Shown here one piece after another: positions 31,464-43,739 of a DNA stretch of 64,000 bases. A program made the translations under genes and the position numbers. The stretch is from NCBI GenBank assembly GCA_004431415.1, contig QPMI01000601.1, positions 62,001 through 126,000 on the forward strand, read 5' to 3'. Below the pieces are notes generated by a model, which had not been told where the DNA came from, made no database searches, and saw only the letters and a list, made by a program, of their open reading frames with translations. Source of the DNA: Cyanophora paradoxa CCMP329 (Eukaryota; Plantae; Glaucophyta). Positions within the stretch are counted from its first letter, which is position 1. Every line of letters begins with the position of its first letter.

Positions 31464-32309
31464 ATGAAAAGAATAACAATAAATTGCGACAGTAGAGACC
31501 TTGAAAATGGCGTGCTGCACTTGAAAACGCGCCTTAATAATGTACGACGATTTCGTGTGCTATCAGCTGAGATTCCTAATAGCTCTTATGTTGTTCCGCC
31601 CGATCAGACAATAACTATAACGCTTCTGAACGAAGAGCCCACAGTAATCCCCGCATCCAAAATGATAGCACCGATTCCCAGCGTAAACGACTATTATTAC
31701 GTCGATGCTGATAACGAACGATATCCGAAAGAGAGAGCTTTAAACAGGGATGCTTTACTCGGTTTTTCAGGCGGTTCTTTTAATCCACTCGGTCTCTTCC
31801 CGGTTTCCTATTCTCTCGCTCTGTCTACCAACCGCTTCGTGTTCTCATCTCCAAATAGCCCTTTTACATTAGAGAGCTCAGACCAGGAGTTCTGTGATTG
31901 TCTCGGCATAGAACCCGGAGTGGTTTACGCCAGCACAACAGAACCAGTGACGGTTCCACTCAGAGATTACCCCAGTCGCTATGCATTTACGTGCCCGAAA
32001 ATGGTCGACTTTAATGCGATTCCATATATTTACCTTGATATCGAAGAGCTCCGCCCGTTTACCAAATTCGCAGCGGTTACAGGTAGACAGAACAATGTCG
32101 ACGACTCCTATCTATTGCGAATTCAGATGAATTCGGACTTTGGTAGATATTCCTTTTACCACGAACCGAGCGCAAGCATCCCTTTCGTAAATGTCACATC
32201 GCAACTCGATTTAGATCGTCTCACAATTTCGCTTCGAAAATGGCGGGGCTCTGTTGCGGATATAAACGGTCTCTCATTCTCGTTCCAGCTCGAAGTGATC
32301 ACCGACTAA
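31464..32309 (+). CDS. Minor capsid (penton-like) protein 2
   Basis: INCDSRD...L...LNNVRRFRVLSAEIPNS, YIYLDIEEL, LDRLTISLRKWRGSVADINGLSFSFQLEV. Confidence 0.8.
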   Translation: MKRITINCDSRDLENGVLHLKTRLNNVRRFRVLSAEIPNSSYVVPPDQTITITLLNEEPTVIPASKMIAPIPSVNDYYYVDADNERYPKERALNRDALLGFSGGSFNPLGLFPVSYSLALSTNRFVFSSPNSPFTLESSDQEFCDCLGIEPGVVYASTTEPVTVPLRDYPSRYAFTCPKMVDFNAIPYIYLDIEELRPFTKFAAVTGRQNNVDDSYLLRIQMNSDFGRYSFYHEPSASIPFVNVTSQLDLDRLTISLRKWRGSVADINGLSFSFQLEVITD

Positions 32310-32315
32310 GCGCTG

Positions 32316-33809
32316 TCACACATAGTAGCCCTCGAAATCAATTCGGCATGCCGAAGCTACGTTCGTCGTGAGCACCCAGATTACGAGGGTTCTCACAGAT
32401 CTCGGGTTCGCTAAGAAATGTTCGTCGGGATCCGCACTTCCGGCTATTTGATTTGCATTGGTAAACACTCTCGTTGCGCCGGCTTCTGTGTAGGTAACAA
32501 GCGCAGAAACTCCGGGAGTGAGTTGGTAATCAATCTCAAACGTTTTAATATAGTTGCCATTCGCAGCCGGCTTCATTTTTATTGAGGAAAGCATGAACAG
32601 ACGCGGAAAATCAATGCGTAAATAATTGCCTCCCGACCTACTACCTTGCGGCGGGTTTGTAAATCCCACCCACCCCGTAGCATTTGACCAGCGGGCATTG
32701 GAGGCTGTGCCGAATTCCGCAATAAAGGCGCTATTATCGAGCGGCACCCAGTTAGACTCCGGGGGTGCACTTGTATCTGTGCACCCGGACAGATTAATTA
32801 TGGGAACATCGCCCTCTGAGATATTCATGGTCAGCACTGAATACATCGCATTAAAATACGTTTGCTGTGCGGAAACAAAGGTGAGGGCTTCCGTTTCCAA
32901 ATATTGCAGGTGACTGGTCGTGATCGTATCGAGGGTCATTTTGTCTTTCGGTAAAGGCACGCTCAGCTTATAGTAGCGATCGTAATTCTGATCATCGTTT
33001 CTGGGTAAAAGTTCCAGCAGCTTTACGTGGGCGTTTAGATCGCTCGACTCTAAGAACATGCTGAGAATTGGCGATCCTGTGGCGCTTAGCATCCATTGCA
33101 CGATCCCCCAATTTTTCATAGTGTCGTACGAATATCCAGCTGTCGCCTTATCAGAGTCTTGGACGTGACCCGCCGTAATCGAGACCACTATAAGCTCCTC
33201 CTCGCAAGAGTTTCCGAATAAAGTGCGGGCGAACGTGTAGCCACAGATCCCGGGCGAATTATTTCCGCTCATGCAACCATCGATTAAACAATATGTTCTC
33301 CCGGCGACTGTGACTTGTTTCGGCTCGAAATAGGTCGGAGCAGCCGAGGTAGCCCTTGCAGCATCGCGCACAAGCATCCCATTAATATCTTCATCGTTGC
33401 TTGAAATAAAAACGGGGGACATTAAGACCGTGTCGAACGCAGTCACGATGGTGGGTTTATAGAGATCCGCCATGGTCGCTGAGCCGCAGAGTTCGAGAGC
33501 CACCGCTTCTAAGTTAGTTGCTTCGTACTTTGGGCGCTGTACAATCGATGTAAGCACTCGTGGATTTGCGAAAATCAGCGGTAGCTTCGCTTTGTAGAGC
33601 GCCAGAATATCAGTAGCAGTATATTTAGGGGCGCCATCGGTTCCCTTGATATTCAATAGGAGCGCGATTAATCCACCTGTGGATGTTCCCGCAAAGCAGT
33701 CGAATAGCTGTTGGATTCGTTTACCTGTTTGTGCTTCAATCTGTGCCAGTATAGCAGCCTCGATTATTCCGCGCGACCCCCCTCCACTCAAAGCGAGAAC
33801 GGTCTTCAT
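32316..33809 (-). CDS. Patatin-like phospholipase with C-terminal discoidin-like domain
   Basis: LALSGGGSRG, GTSTGG, ARATSAAPTYF, IDG; ortholog of 11693..13249. Confidence 0.92.
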   Translation of the reverse strand: MKTVLALSGGGSRGIIEAAILAQIEAQTGKRIQQLFDCFAGTSTGGLIALLLNIKGTDGAPKYTATDILALYKAKLPLIFANPRVLTSIVQRPKYEATNLEAVALELCGSATMADLYKPTIVTAFDTVLMSPVFISSNDEDINGMLVRDAARATSAAPTYFEPKQVTVAGRTYCLIDGCMSGNNSPGICGYTFARTLFGNSCEEELIVVSITAGHVQDSDKATAGYSYDTMKNWGIVQWMLSATGSPILSMFLESSDLNAHVKLLELLPRNDDQNYDRYYKLSVPLPKDKMTLDTITTSHLQYLETEALTFVSAQQTYFNAMYSVLTMNISEGDVPIINLSGCTDTSAPPESNWVPLDNSAFIAEFGTASNARWSNATGWVGFTNPPQGSRSGGNYLRIDFPRLFMLSSIKMKPAANGNYIKTFEIDYQLTPGVSALVTYTEAGATRVFTNANQIAGSADPDEHFLANPRSVRTLVIWVLTTNVASACRIDFEGYYV

Positions 33810-33852
33810 TATCTTATATACTTCTTATATATCTTCTTTGTTTATAAAGAGG

Positions 33853-34458
33853 ATGTCGTTTTTGAATCCGAGACCAGATGCACGAGTAATTAATTCGACC
33901 ACGCAGATAGAGGACACTGATCAGGTAAACACTGAAATTCGCGGGTCTCTGAGAATAAATTACAATGCAGACCGCGAAGATCCAGTCAGTGGGACACCGA
34001 GCAGACCCGCAGCTTTGCAGTTAATGAACGTCGAGAAAGGGGATCACAAGCTTGCAATCGACTTTCTACTTGATGACAACGAGCGAAATCGAGTTGCCAG
34101 CATCCAGGCGACTCGTCAGCTACCCAAAACGGTGCGCTATAATCGCAGGAACATTCCCAGAGCATTCGACAGGGGTCGCTTGAACTTCTTTATTCAAGAT
34201 GAGAGCGGGTTCCAAAATGCAGCTCTGAGAATCGTGGATAATAGCACGCTTGTAGCCGGAGTATCCACACGAAAAACAAAGGTAGAGGTCGTCCATGATC
34301 TCTCAGCAGGTAATCTAACGACGAGCAATATTACAGCAAGTAACATCACTACGGATACCCTAAACGTAAACTCGCTTAACTCCGAGTCGTTTTTCGCCAC
34401 TAATGTCGCAACCTGTAACCTTAACATCGAATCCTTTGTGATTCAGAAGAGCGAATCG
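33853..34458 (+). pseudogene. Fibre-like gene of element B, 5' part (202 codons), interrupted by LINE
   Basis: FDRGRLNFFIQDESGFQNAALRI matches FDSGRLVFNVQDEKGKQNTGLRI of the A fibre. Ends IQKSES at the TSD and resumes in frame at 55328. Confidence 0.88.
34441..34458 (+). repeat. Left target-site duplication ATTCAGAAGAGCGAATCG
   Basis: Identical 18-mer at 55310..55327. Confidence 0.95.
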
Positions 34459-37400
34459 CTGCCGGGCCCCTCGATCTGCGCGAGAGGCTCAGTCCGGCTC
34501 CGGAGCTACTTGCAGCGGCGCCTACCTCGTTCCTGGCCGCGGCGAAGCCCGCCCAGCGCCCCCGCAGCGCCCCCGCCGCCCTCGCCTCGGCTGCCGGGCC
34601 CCTCGACCTGCGCAAGAGGCTCAGTCCGGCCTCGGGACTGCCCGCGGCAGCGACCACCTGGGGCTCGGCCGAGAACGAGCCTGCCCGGGGCCCTTGTAAC
34701 GCCCCCGCAGGCCTCGATACAACGCAAGCGACCCGCGGCCTGTGCGCCGCGCTGAGCCTGGCCTCAGATCCAACGACGGCGATGCGCCCCCCATCAGCAG
34801 CCGACCAAGCCGCCGGGGCTACCACCAGAGCGACAGCGCACGTCGGTGTGACTTCTTCTGACAACGCCTATGCCGCCACGGCCACCGCTCGCACACCTGA
34901 GCTCTGCACGCCCGGCATCTGCAGCTGCGTGGCGTGGCCACCTGCACCTGCGCCCGCGCGGATCAACTGCAGTAGCAGCCAAGAGGCAAGATGCGCAAGA
35001 TCGCACGTCATTATGTCCTTTACCTCTGGGATCGTTAGCGCTGCCACGTCTATGCGCACCATGACACTCGAGCATGCCGTTCACGGGACTCCAACCTGCC
35101 CAGCAGGCGCAGCAAGGGCGGCCCACATCGTGGCGCAGCACGTCCCTGCACCGATCAGCACTGCCGGAGCGAAGTGCGCAGGGCCCCAGCGGCTCAGGGC
35201 GACTTCCTCGGCAGCAGGGAAGTGCCCGCACAACGCTTTCCGGAATTTAGCTAGCTATACGGCTGCCAACACGCAATGCACGCTGCTGAATCACCACAAC
35301 TCCAACGGAGCCACTCCTTGGACCGCAGCCGGCCGCGGAGCGGCGCACTGTGCGGGCGCAGCTAAGCTGCCCAGGTCGAGGGGGGTACCGGCAGACGGCT
35401 GCAGCATGGCCATCCCGGTGTCGGCCGGCACAGCTCTCACCTGCTGCAGCTTCATTACTATCCTTAGCTTGCAGCCAGAGGCAATCCGGGCCTGCAGCGG
35501 TCGACTCGACACTATCTTTCGCCCGATCGACACGTCCGCCTTGCTCGATGCCCAGACTGGAGAGAACGTATTCGACGAACCTACCCCCGGAGTTCTACCG
35601 AAAGTCGTCCGTGAAATCATGGGCTTGCCTTCTGTACAGTCTCGAACATTGCAGTCAGTGCTCGTCCGCCGCATTCAGCGAATCAGTACTATACTGGACT
35701 TCTTTGAAGGCAGCGGTCTACCGATCCACATAGTAGTGCTATTCTATCGTTCGCTGCTTCCCGGAGACGCCCTCTTTCTTTGCAGCCCTTTCTACTTCCA
35801 CCCAGACCCGAGCTCCCTCGGCCTCCCGCAGCTCCCGCCCACGCCCTGGGCCCCAGAGCCGTCCGACCCGACGCTCTTTGATCACATCGTCCAATCTATT
35901 CCCTTCCCATCCCTTTTCACACCGCGAGCGGACGCCGCATTACTAGCTAAGCTGCCCCCGGCGGCGGCCTGGGTCTCGCAGGACTGGTTCAACTGCGCAG
36001 CGGGCAACCTTACACTTCTCCGAATCCTCAATCAGGGTGTCCAGCTCCTGCAGCGCTACCGCCAGCTGGGGGCAGTCCGCGAATCGGACTGCAACGCGCA
36101 GCTCATCGAATCCACAGTCACAGCGATCACCGTCACCCTGGCGCACACGGCCCTGAGCAGCGGGATCGGCGCTGCGTTGAGCGACCGAGATACTGTTGTA
36201 CAGCTCGCTGGACCTTTGGAGACCCCGCTCCTGGTCCTCAAGCCGGCAAGCGAACTACAGCCCAACCTTCCAGCTGGCTGGAAGCAGCCAGCCACGGTTC
36301 GGACAACCGCAGCGGCGGCAATCTCCCTCGCCCTGGCGCTCGCGCTTCCGTCGGCGGCCTTCCTCGCCCGGGACATAACCAGCTGGGAGAACAAAACAAA
36401 ACAACCAATTTCCTCTCAGAGCCCCTGGCACCTTTACCTACTACTGTCATCGGTCTTCCGCGCGCTTCAGGTCTGGGCACGCTATCTCCGCCGCCGGCGC
36501 GCTCACTCACATACCTCCCAGGCAGCGCTGGCCTCTCCACCAGGCCTCACCCTTTCCCGTGCGGCGTACACCCTCAACCCGCCCCTCCTCGCGTGTGCAC
36601 GAGCTGCCCTGCCGCCCCCCCTCGCTTGCCTGATCACCGTTTCCGGCTCGCCAGAGCCGGCTACGCCCCGGACGAAACGGCGGAGACGACGCTTGGCCAC
36701 GTCGACGCGAACTTCCTCCTCCTTCACCCGGTCGGCTGCTGCTTCTTCGATGAACCCCCGGCCCCCTGCAGACACCCCGTCCCGGACTGCCTCCAATGGG
36801 CGGACCAGCTCCGCCTGGCGGAACGAACCTGCCCTCCGCTTCCCTCGCTGCTCCGCCTCGCCGACATGCTGGGCTCCCCGAGCTCTTCCGTCCGTGTGGG
36901 GTTTGACCAATCTGTTGAAGCCTTTGTCCTGTCTTTCCATGGATAATGACCTATCCCGCACACGGCACCCACGCTCACACAGACCTTGCATTAAGCCGGC
37001 TGTACTCCTCTTAATTACACTCTCCTGTGGGCAAGGCAGTGCGAGAGCAACTCTCAGTGCCTCCGAAGCTGTCGGAACGGCCCTGCACTCTGACTCGCAC
37101 ACTGGCATGTATTTTCAGACACCAGTACTTGTGCACGCTGGGCTGAGCGAAGGCGGAGGCTGTAGACTCGAATCAGGGTTCGAGGCGGAGCCCGCGGCTG
37201 CCCCATGCCTCTGCATCAACCCCGCCGCCCCCGTCTCGCCGGCTGAGCGCCTCGACCCCTGCGCGCGGCTCAGCCCGGCCTCGGGGCCGCCCGAGGCGGA
37301 GCCCACCTGGAGCTCGGCAGAAGAAGGGCCCTCGCCCTCGCCCTCGCGGATCTCGCTCCTAGCACTGCGAGAGGCGATCAGCTACGGCCCGGCGCCCACC

Positions 37401-40400
37401 GTGCGGGCGCTCACCGTGATCAAAGCTGCAACGCTGCGCGCCGAGGCCCCCCCCGCCCGAGCCTCGCCTCACCTCGCAGGTCTCGCTCCTAGCACTGCGA
37501 GAGCGGTCAGCTACGGCCCGGCGCCGTCGTGCGGGCGCTCACCGCGATCGAGGCTGAAACGCTGCGCGCCGAGCCCCCCCGCACGCCGAGCCCTCGCCCT
37601 CGCCCCGCGGATCTCATCCTAGCACTGCGAGAGGCGGTCAGCTACGGCCCGGCGCCCACCGTGCGGGCGCTCACCGTGCTCGAGGCCGAAACGCTGCGCG
37701 CCGAGGCCCCCCCCGGCGCGCCCGAGCCCTCGCCCTCGCCCCCGCGGGTCTCGCTCCTAGCACTGCGAGAGGCGATCAGCTACGGCCCGGCGCCAGCCGT
37801 GCGGGCGCTTACCGCGATCGGGGCCGAAACGCTGCGCGCCGAGCCCCTCCCCCGCACGCCCGAGCCCTCGCCCTCGCCCTCGCGGGCCTCGCTCCTAGCA
37901 CTGCGAGGGGCGGTCAGCTACGGCCCGGCGCCCACCGTGCGGGCGCTTACCGCGATTGAGGCCGAAACGCTGCGCGCCGAGCCCCTCCCCCGCACGCCCG
38001 AGCCCTCGCCCTCGCCCTCGCGGGCCTCGCTCCTAGCACTGCGAGGGGCGGTCAGCTACGGCCCGGCGCCAGCCGTGCGGGCGCTAGCGCTCACCGCGGT
38101 CGAGGCCGAAACGTTGCGCGCCGAGGCCCCCCCCCGCACGCCTGAGCCCTCGCCCTCGCCCTCGCGGATCTCGATCATAGCACTGCGAGAGGCGGTCAGC
38201 TACGGCCCGGCGCCCACCGTGCGGGCGCTCACCATGATCAAGGCTGCAACGCTGCGCGCCGAGGCCCCCCCCGGCGCGCCCGAGCCCTCGCCCTCACCCT
38301 CGCAGGTCTCGCTCCTAGCACTGCGAGAGGCGGTCAGCTACGGCCCGGCGCCCGTCGTGCGGGCGCTCACCGCGATCGAGGCTGAAACGCTGCGCGCCGA
38401 GGCCCCCCCCCGCACGCCCGAGCCCTCGCCCTCGCCCCCGCGGATCTCGATCCTAGCACTGCGAGAGGCGGTCAGCTACGGCCCGGCGCCCACCGTGCGG
38501 GCGCTCACCGTGATCGAGGCCGAAACGCTGCGCGCCGAGGCCCCCCCCGGCGCGCCCGAGCCCTCGCCCTCGCCCTCGCGGGTCTCGCTCCTAGCACTGC
38601 GAGAGGCGGTCAACTACGGCCCGGCGACAGCCGTGCGGGCGCTTACCGCGATCGGGGCCGAAACGCTGCGCGCCGAACCCCTCCCCCGCACGCCCGAGCC
38701 CTCGCCCTCGCCCCCGCGGGTCTCGCGCCTAGCACTGCGAGGGGCGGTCAGCTACGGCCCGGCGCTAGCCGTGCGGGCGCTCACCGCGATCGAGGCCGAA
38801 ACGTTGCGCGCCGAGGCCCCCCCCCGCACGCCTGAGCCCTCGCCCTCGCCCTCGCGGATCTCGCTCCTAGCACTGCGAGAGGCGATCAGCTACGGCCCGG
38901 CGCCAGCCGTGCGGGCGCTTACCGCGATCGAGGCCGAAACGCTGCGCGCCGAGCCCCTCCCCCGCACGCCCGAGCCCTCGCCCCCGCCCTCGCGGGTCTC
39001 GCTCCTAGCACTGCGAGCGGCGGTCAGCTACGGCCCGGCGCCCACCGTGCGGGCGCTCACCGAGATCGAGGCCGAAACGTTGCGCGCCGAGGCCCCCCCC
39101 CGCACGCCTGAGCCCTCGCCCTCGCCCTCGCGGATCTCGATCCCAGCACCGCGAGAGGCGGTCAGCTACGGCCCGGCGCCTACCGTGCGGGCGCTCACCA
39201 TGATCAAGGCTGCAACGCTGCGCGCCGAGGCCCCCCCCCGCGCGCCCGAGCCCTCGCCCTCACCCTCGCAGGTCTCGCTCCTAGCACTGCGAGAGGCGGT
39301 CAGCTACGGCCCGGCGCCAGCCGTGCGGGCGCTAGCGCTCACCGTGATCGAGGCCGCAACGCTGCGCGCCGAGGCCCCCCCCCGCGCGCCCGAGCCCTCG
39401 CCCTCACCCTCGCAGGTCTCGCTCCTAGCACTGCGAGAGGCGGTCAGCTACGGCCCGGCGCCCGTCGTGCGGGCGCTCACCGCGATCGAGGCTGAAACGC
39501 TGCGCGCCGAGGCCCCCCCCCGCGCGCCCGAGCCCTCGCCCTCGCGCTCGCGAATCTCGATCCTAGCACTGCGAGAGGCGGTCAGCTACGGCCCGGCGCC
39601 CGTCGTGCGGGCGCTCACCGCGATCGAGGCCGAAACGCTGCTCGCCAAGGCCCCCCCCGGCGCGCCCGAGCCCTCGCCCTCGCCCCCGCGGGTCTCGCTC
39701 CTAGCACTGCGAGAGGCGGTCAGCTACGGCCCGGCGCCAGCCGTGCGGGCGCTCACCGCGATCGAGGCCGAAACGCTGCGCGCCGAGCCCCTCCCCCGCA
39801 TGCCCGAACCCTCGCCCTCGCCCTCGCGGGTCTCGCTCCTAGCACTGCGAGAGGCGGTCAGCTACGGCCCGGCGCCCACCGTGCGGGCGCTCACCGCGAT
39901 CGAGGCCGAAACGCTGCGCGCCGAGGCCCCCCCCGGCGCGCCCGAGCCCTCGCCCTCGCCCTCGCGGGTCTCGCTCCTAGCACTGCGAGAGACGATCAGC
40001 CACGGCCCGGCGCCAGCCGTGCGGGCGCTTACCGCGATCGAGGCCGAAACGCTGCGCGCCGAGCCCCTCCCCCGCACGCCCGAGCCCTCGCCCTCGCCCT
40101 CGCGGGTCTCGCTCCTAGCACTGCGAGGGGCGGTCAGCTACGGCCCGGCGCCCACCGTGCGTGCGCTCACCGAGATCGAGGCTGACACGCAGCGTACCGC
40201 GGACCCCCCCAGCGCGCCCGAGCCGTCGTCCTCGCGCGCCTCGCCCCCTGACCCGCGAGCGGCTGTCAACCACGCCCCGGCGCCCGCCCGGCGGACGCTC
40301 ACTGTAATCAAGAATGAAGCGCGGCGCACTGAGGGCCCTCCCTGTGTGCCCGCCCCATCGCTCTCGCGCGCCTCGCCTTCCGATCTGCGAGCAACTGTCA

Positions 40401-43400
40401 GCCCCGCCCCAACGCCAGCCGCGGGGAGGCGTACCGCGGTCGGGGCCGAGGAAGGGACCGACAAGGACCCCCGTCGGGAGCCCAAGCGGACCCCCTCGCG
40501 GGCACGGGGTCCTCGTGCTGCCCTCACCGCCCCCGTCTCGCCGGCTGAGCGACTCGACCCCTGCGCGCGGCTCAGCCCGGCCTCGGGGCTGCCCGAGGTG
40601 GAGCCCACCTGGAGCTCGGTAGAGGAAGAGCCTTCGCCCTCGCCCCCGCGGGCCGTGCTCCTAACAATGCGAGAGGCGGTCAGCTACGGCCGCAACATGG
40701 CAGCGGCGCAGACCGGAACACGCCGTTCGGGGCTAGTAGAGCTCTTCGGGCGCATCGTAGCTGCCAGAAACCGGCCAGTGCAGGCGGGAGGGCGCGCTCC
40801 ATCGCAACGCGTCGGTCAGGAGCACGGTATCCACCTTGCGTGTGCGCCTGCACCGCCTGAGCTGCAGCCTAGCCCCGGTACGGAGCACACCGACGACTCC
40901 TCAACGGCCCGGACAGACTACCATGGCTCCCGGCCAGCGGCTGCAGTCCACGGTCCCCGGAAGCCGCCGGAATGGGCCCCAGCAACCAAGGAACTAGCTT
41001 GGGCGTCACTGGGTAACTCGAACGCCTCCTCACCCGCACAGGGCCGCCGACGCTGGCGTACAAGCCTGCGCTTAGGCGAGCCGCTCGCTCCTACCCCGGG
41101 CGAGCCTCTTCCCCCTGTCCCGTCGCCTGCATCCCGGCCGCGGGAGGCGTTGCTCAGACGAGAAAAAAACTCCTTTCCAGCCGAGTACGCCCTAGCATCT
41201 GATTCGCTCGCCAAACACCAATCACCGTTAGCCCGGTACATTAACATGCCAAATACCCGGAAAGTTGGCGCTAGCGCACCAGGTCTCGATACAGCCCCTG
41301 TATTCGCGCGCGAAGTCGCTAGGGCGTCAGCGCTAGCTATAGCCCCGACACTAGAACACAAGCTAGCAGACCCCGCCTACGCGTCGACTGTCGCGCACCG
41401 CGTAGCCTCTCCAGGCCTCGAAGATGCTGGCGCGCGCGCTGGTACCGGAACTCGAAGCGACCGCGAAGCTGCAGGGACAAGGCCCCGTCGTGTATACGCC
41501 ACCAGCCGGCGGCCCCCCGGCCCTCGAGCCCGACCAGACTTTTACTGCTCGGCGCTCGAATGCAGCAGGCACCCCCGCCCTGAAGCCCGTAGCCCCCGGG
41601 ACACCACCGGCCCCCCCGCCTCGTCGCTACGGCATCTACTTACCTTAGAGCTGTTGCCCGCGATGCTCCGACTCTACGGCCTTCTGCTGTACCTCTCCTC
41701 TCAGTTCCGTGTCGGGGACAACCTTGAAAATACGCTTCTGCTCTCCTTCTCTAGCCGGCTGCTCGGGCTACTCAGCGCGGACGTACCCACATCGCTGATT
41801 CTGATCATGAGGCCCTTGCCTGCACAACCGTGGGCTCAGGGGGGGGACGGCTCGACCCTTCGCCTGCATCTGCTGTCCTCTCGCCAAGCCCAACTACTAT
41901 CCCCCGGGTCAAGAGAACTACCCTGCACGCACATACCCTCCCGTTTCCAAACCGGACTCACCCTGGGGGGTCTCCTCCTCCTTCTCGTGGCCCTCGCCCC
42001 GCTGGCAGGCATCGACGAGGGAGCTGAGAAGCTGCGGCGCCTCGGCCGATCTATCCGGCCTACTGTCAGCGCCACTCTCAACCCCCCTTGCAGCGCCCTC
42101 TGGTTCGGCCCACGACCCCGCGGAGCCAAAATAAACTGGAGCCCATCACCCTGGGACCGCCTACTCTGGTTCTTGACTAAGGCCTGGCGCCGCCGTTGGA
42201 GACTCACCGACGAGTTGGCGGTGGCCCTCAGCCATAGCCTACACCGGGCCACTTCCTTCCTCGAACTCGCCGTCCTACTCGCAACGAGGACCCGACGCCG
42301 CGCTGCGCACGGACTGCAGCACTGCGCCGTACGAATGAACACGCATGCCCGCTCTGCGTTCTCCAAGCTGGACGCCGACCTCCCATCGCGAGTCCTCCAC
42401 GGATTCTTGCCTCTTGCCGGCTTCACAGCCCTCCTTGCAGCGTTTGCGACCGCTCAGGCTTCTATACAGGCGATGACGAGCTTACGCCTCCTCGCGCCAA
42501 AGGCGCAACGACTGCTCGTCCCAGTCGCCATCGGGCTGCTTCTGGCACTCATGCTCCCCGCCTACGCCCTCAGTGCACTGGTAACTTGGATAAGTTTGCT
42601 TCTCCTCTACGCCTGCGTCATGCTCGTGCCCTTCGCGCGTCGCCTGACCGCCCGTGCGGTCACACGGCTGCTCTACCCTAGGAGCCTGCGGCGCCCCTGT
42701 CCCGCCCTGCGGGCGCCACACCCCCGACGCCCTCCCCTTCTGAGACCTCTTACAGCAGGAGACGTGTTCACGGTGCTGGCTTGGGCCCCGTTGCGGGGCC
42801 CCCTCCGCACGAGCCTCTCCCTGGCAAGAGCAATTGCCGGCGACGCCCAGAATGCTGTGACAACGCTCGCCGCAGCTTTCACGACGAGCGCTGCCCGAAT
42901 CAAGCGCTACTGCAGTCCCACACACCGGACACAAGCTGCCGGACGCGTGTGCTTGCCGCAAGGCACATTTCGCAGGGGCCTCTTACCCTTGCTCATACTC
43001 TGCCTCCTGTTTGAGACATCTCACGCGGCCCCGGCGCCATGCCCTGAACCGACGGGCCCGCTGACGGCGGCCACGGCACTGCTTGCACCGGCAGCAGCAT
43101 CGATATCGCTGACCGCCGCACTCGCCGCACGTGACAGCGACGGCTTCGATGCTGAACTCCCTGACCTAGTAGACACCCGACCGCGCGCGTCTGGACCCGC
43201 AGAGCCCTACGACTCGGACCCCGACGACTGCGCACCTCCCGAGATCTCGAGCTCTCCATGGCCAGACTATGACGAGGAAGCGGACACAGATGAAGACAGT
43301 GCGGCTGAAGCCAGCAACGCCGGCCCCTCACATCCACCCCCGACAAAAAAGGCGCGCCGCCCCTTTGCAGGGCTGCGTCCCGGGTTCTTCAATTCCGAAC

Positions 43401-43730
43401 GCGGGACACAAGGCCTCTCAGCCGACGATTGGCAATCGAACATGGCCACGTTCCACTCATCTGACAGCGACGCCCCCCCCGGCCCCCTACCAACGCCGTG
43501 GGGGGACCCCGACCTGGACCCCCCGGAATCCGACTTCGAAGACCTAAACGACGAAAGTCCCGGCCCCGCCCCTGCGAGCGCCCAGCCGCTACCTCCAGCT
43601 CCCCTCTCGCTTGGGGAACTGTACCCACCTAATTTCTATCAGAACACCGCCATCTATCCTCGCCCAACCGATGAACGACGTTTCGTTCTCAGGGGCCGGG
43701 CCTCGGGCAGCCCCTCCGCGGCCTGCCCAC
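34459..43730 (+). CDS. LINE polyprotein N-terminal region: unknown domains, 46-aa repeats, hydrophobic segments, acidic linker (frameshifted)
   Basis: ORFs 34782..37622 and 37529..46717 overlap. The 34782 frame is open back to the junction; the 37529 frame is continuous with APE. Confidence 0.6.
37325..40230 (+). repeat. 138-bp coding tandem array, ~21 units (REAVSYGPAPTVRALTAIEAETLRAEAPPRTPEPSPSPSRVSLLAL)
   Basis: Period measured 37760 to 37898; some 144-bp units. Bracketed by a direct repeat at ~37225 and ~40525. Confidence 0.95.
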
Positions 43731-43739
43731 GGCTCAACT

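Noticed and set aside
33646-34755. 369-aa ORF as a real protein
   Set aside because: Chimera of antisense patatin sequence, the fibre 5' part (from 33853) and out-of-frame LINE sequence after the TSD.
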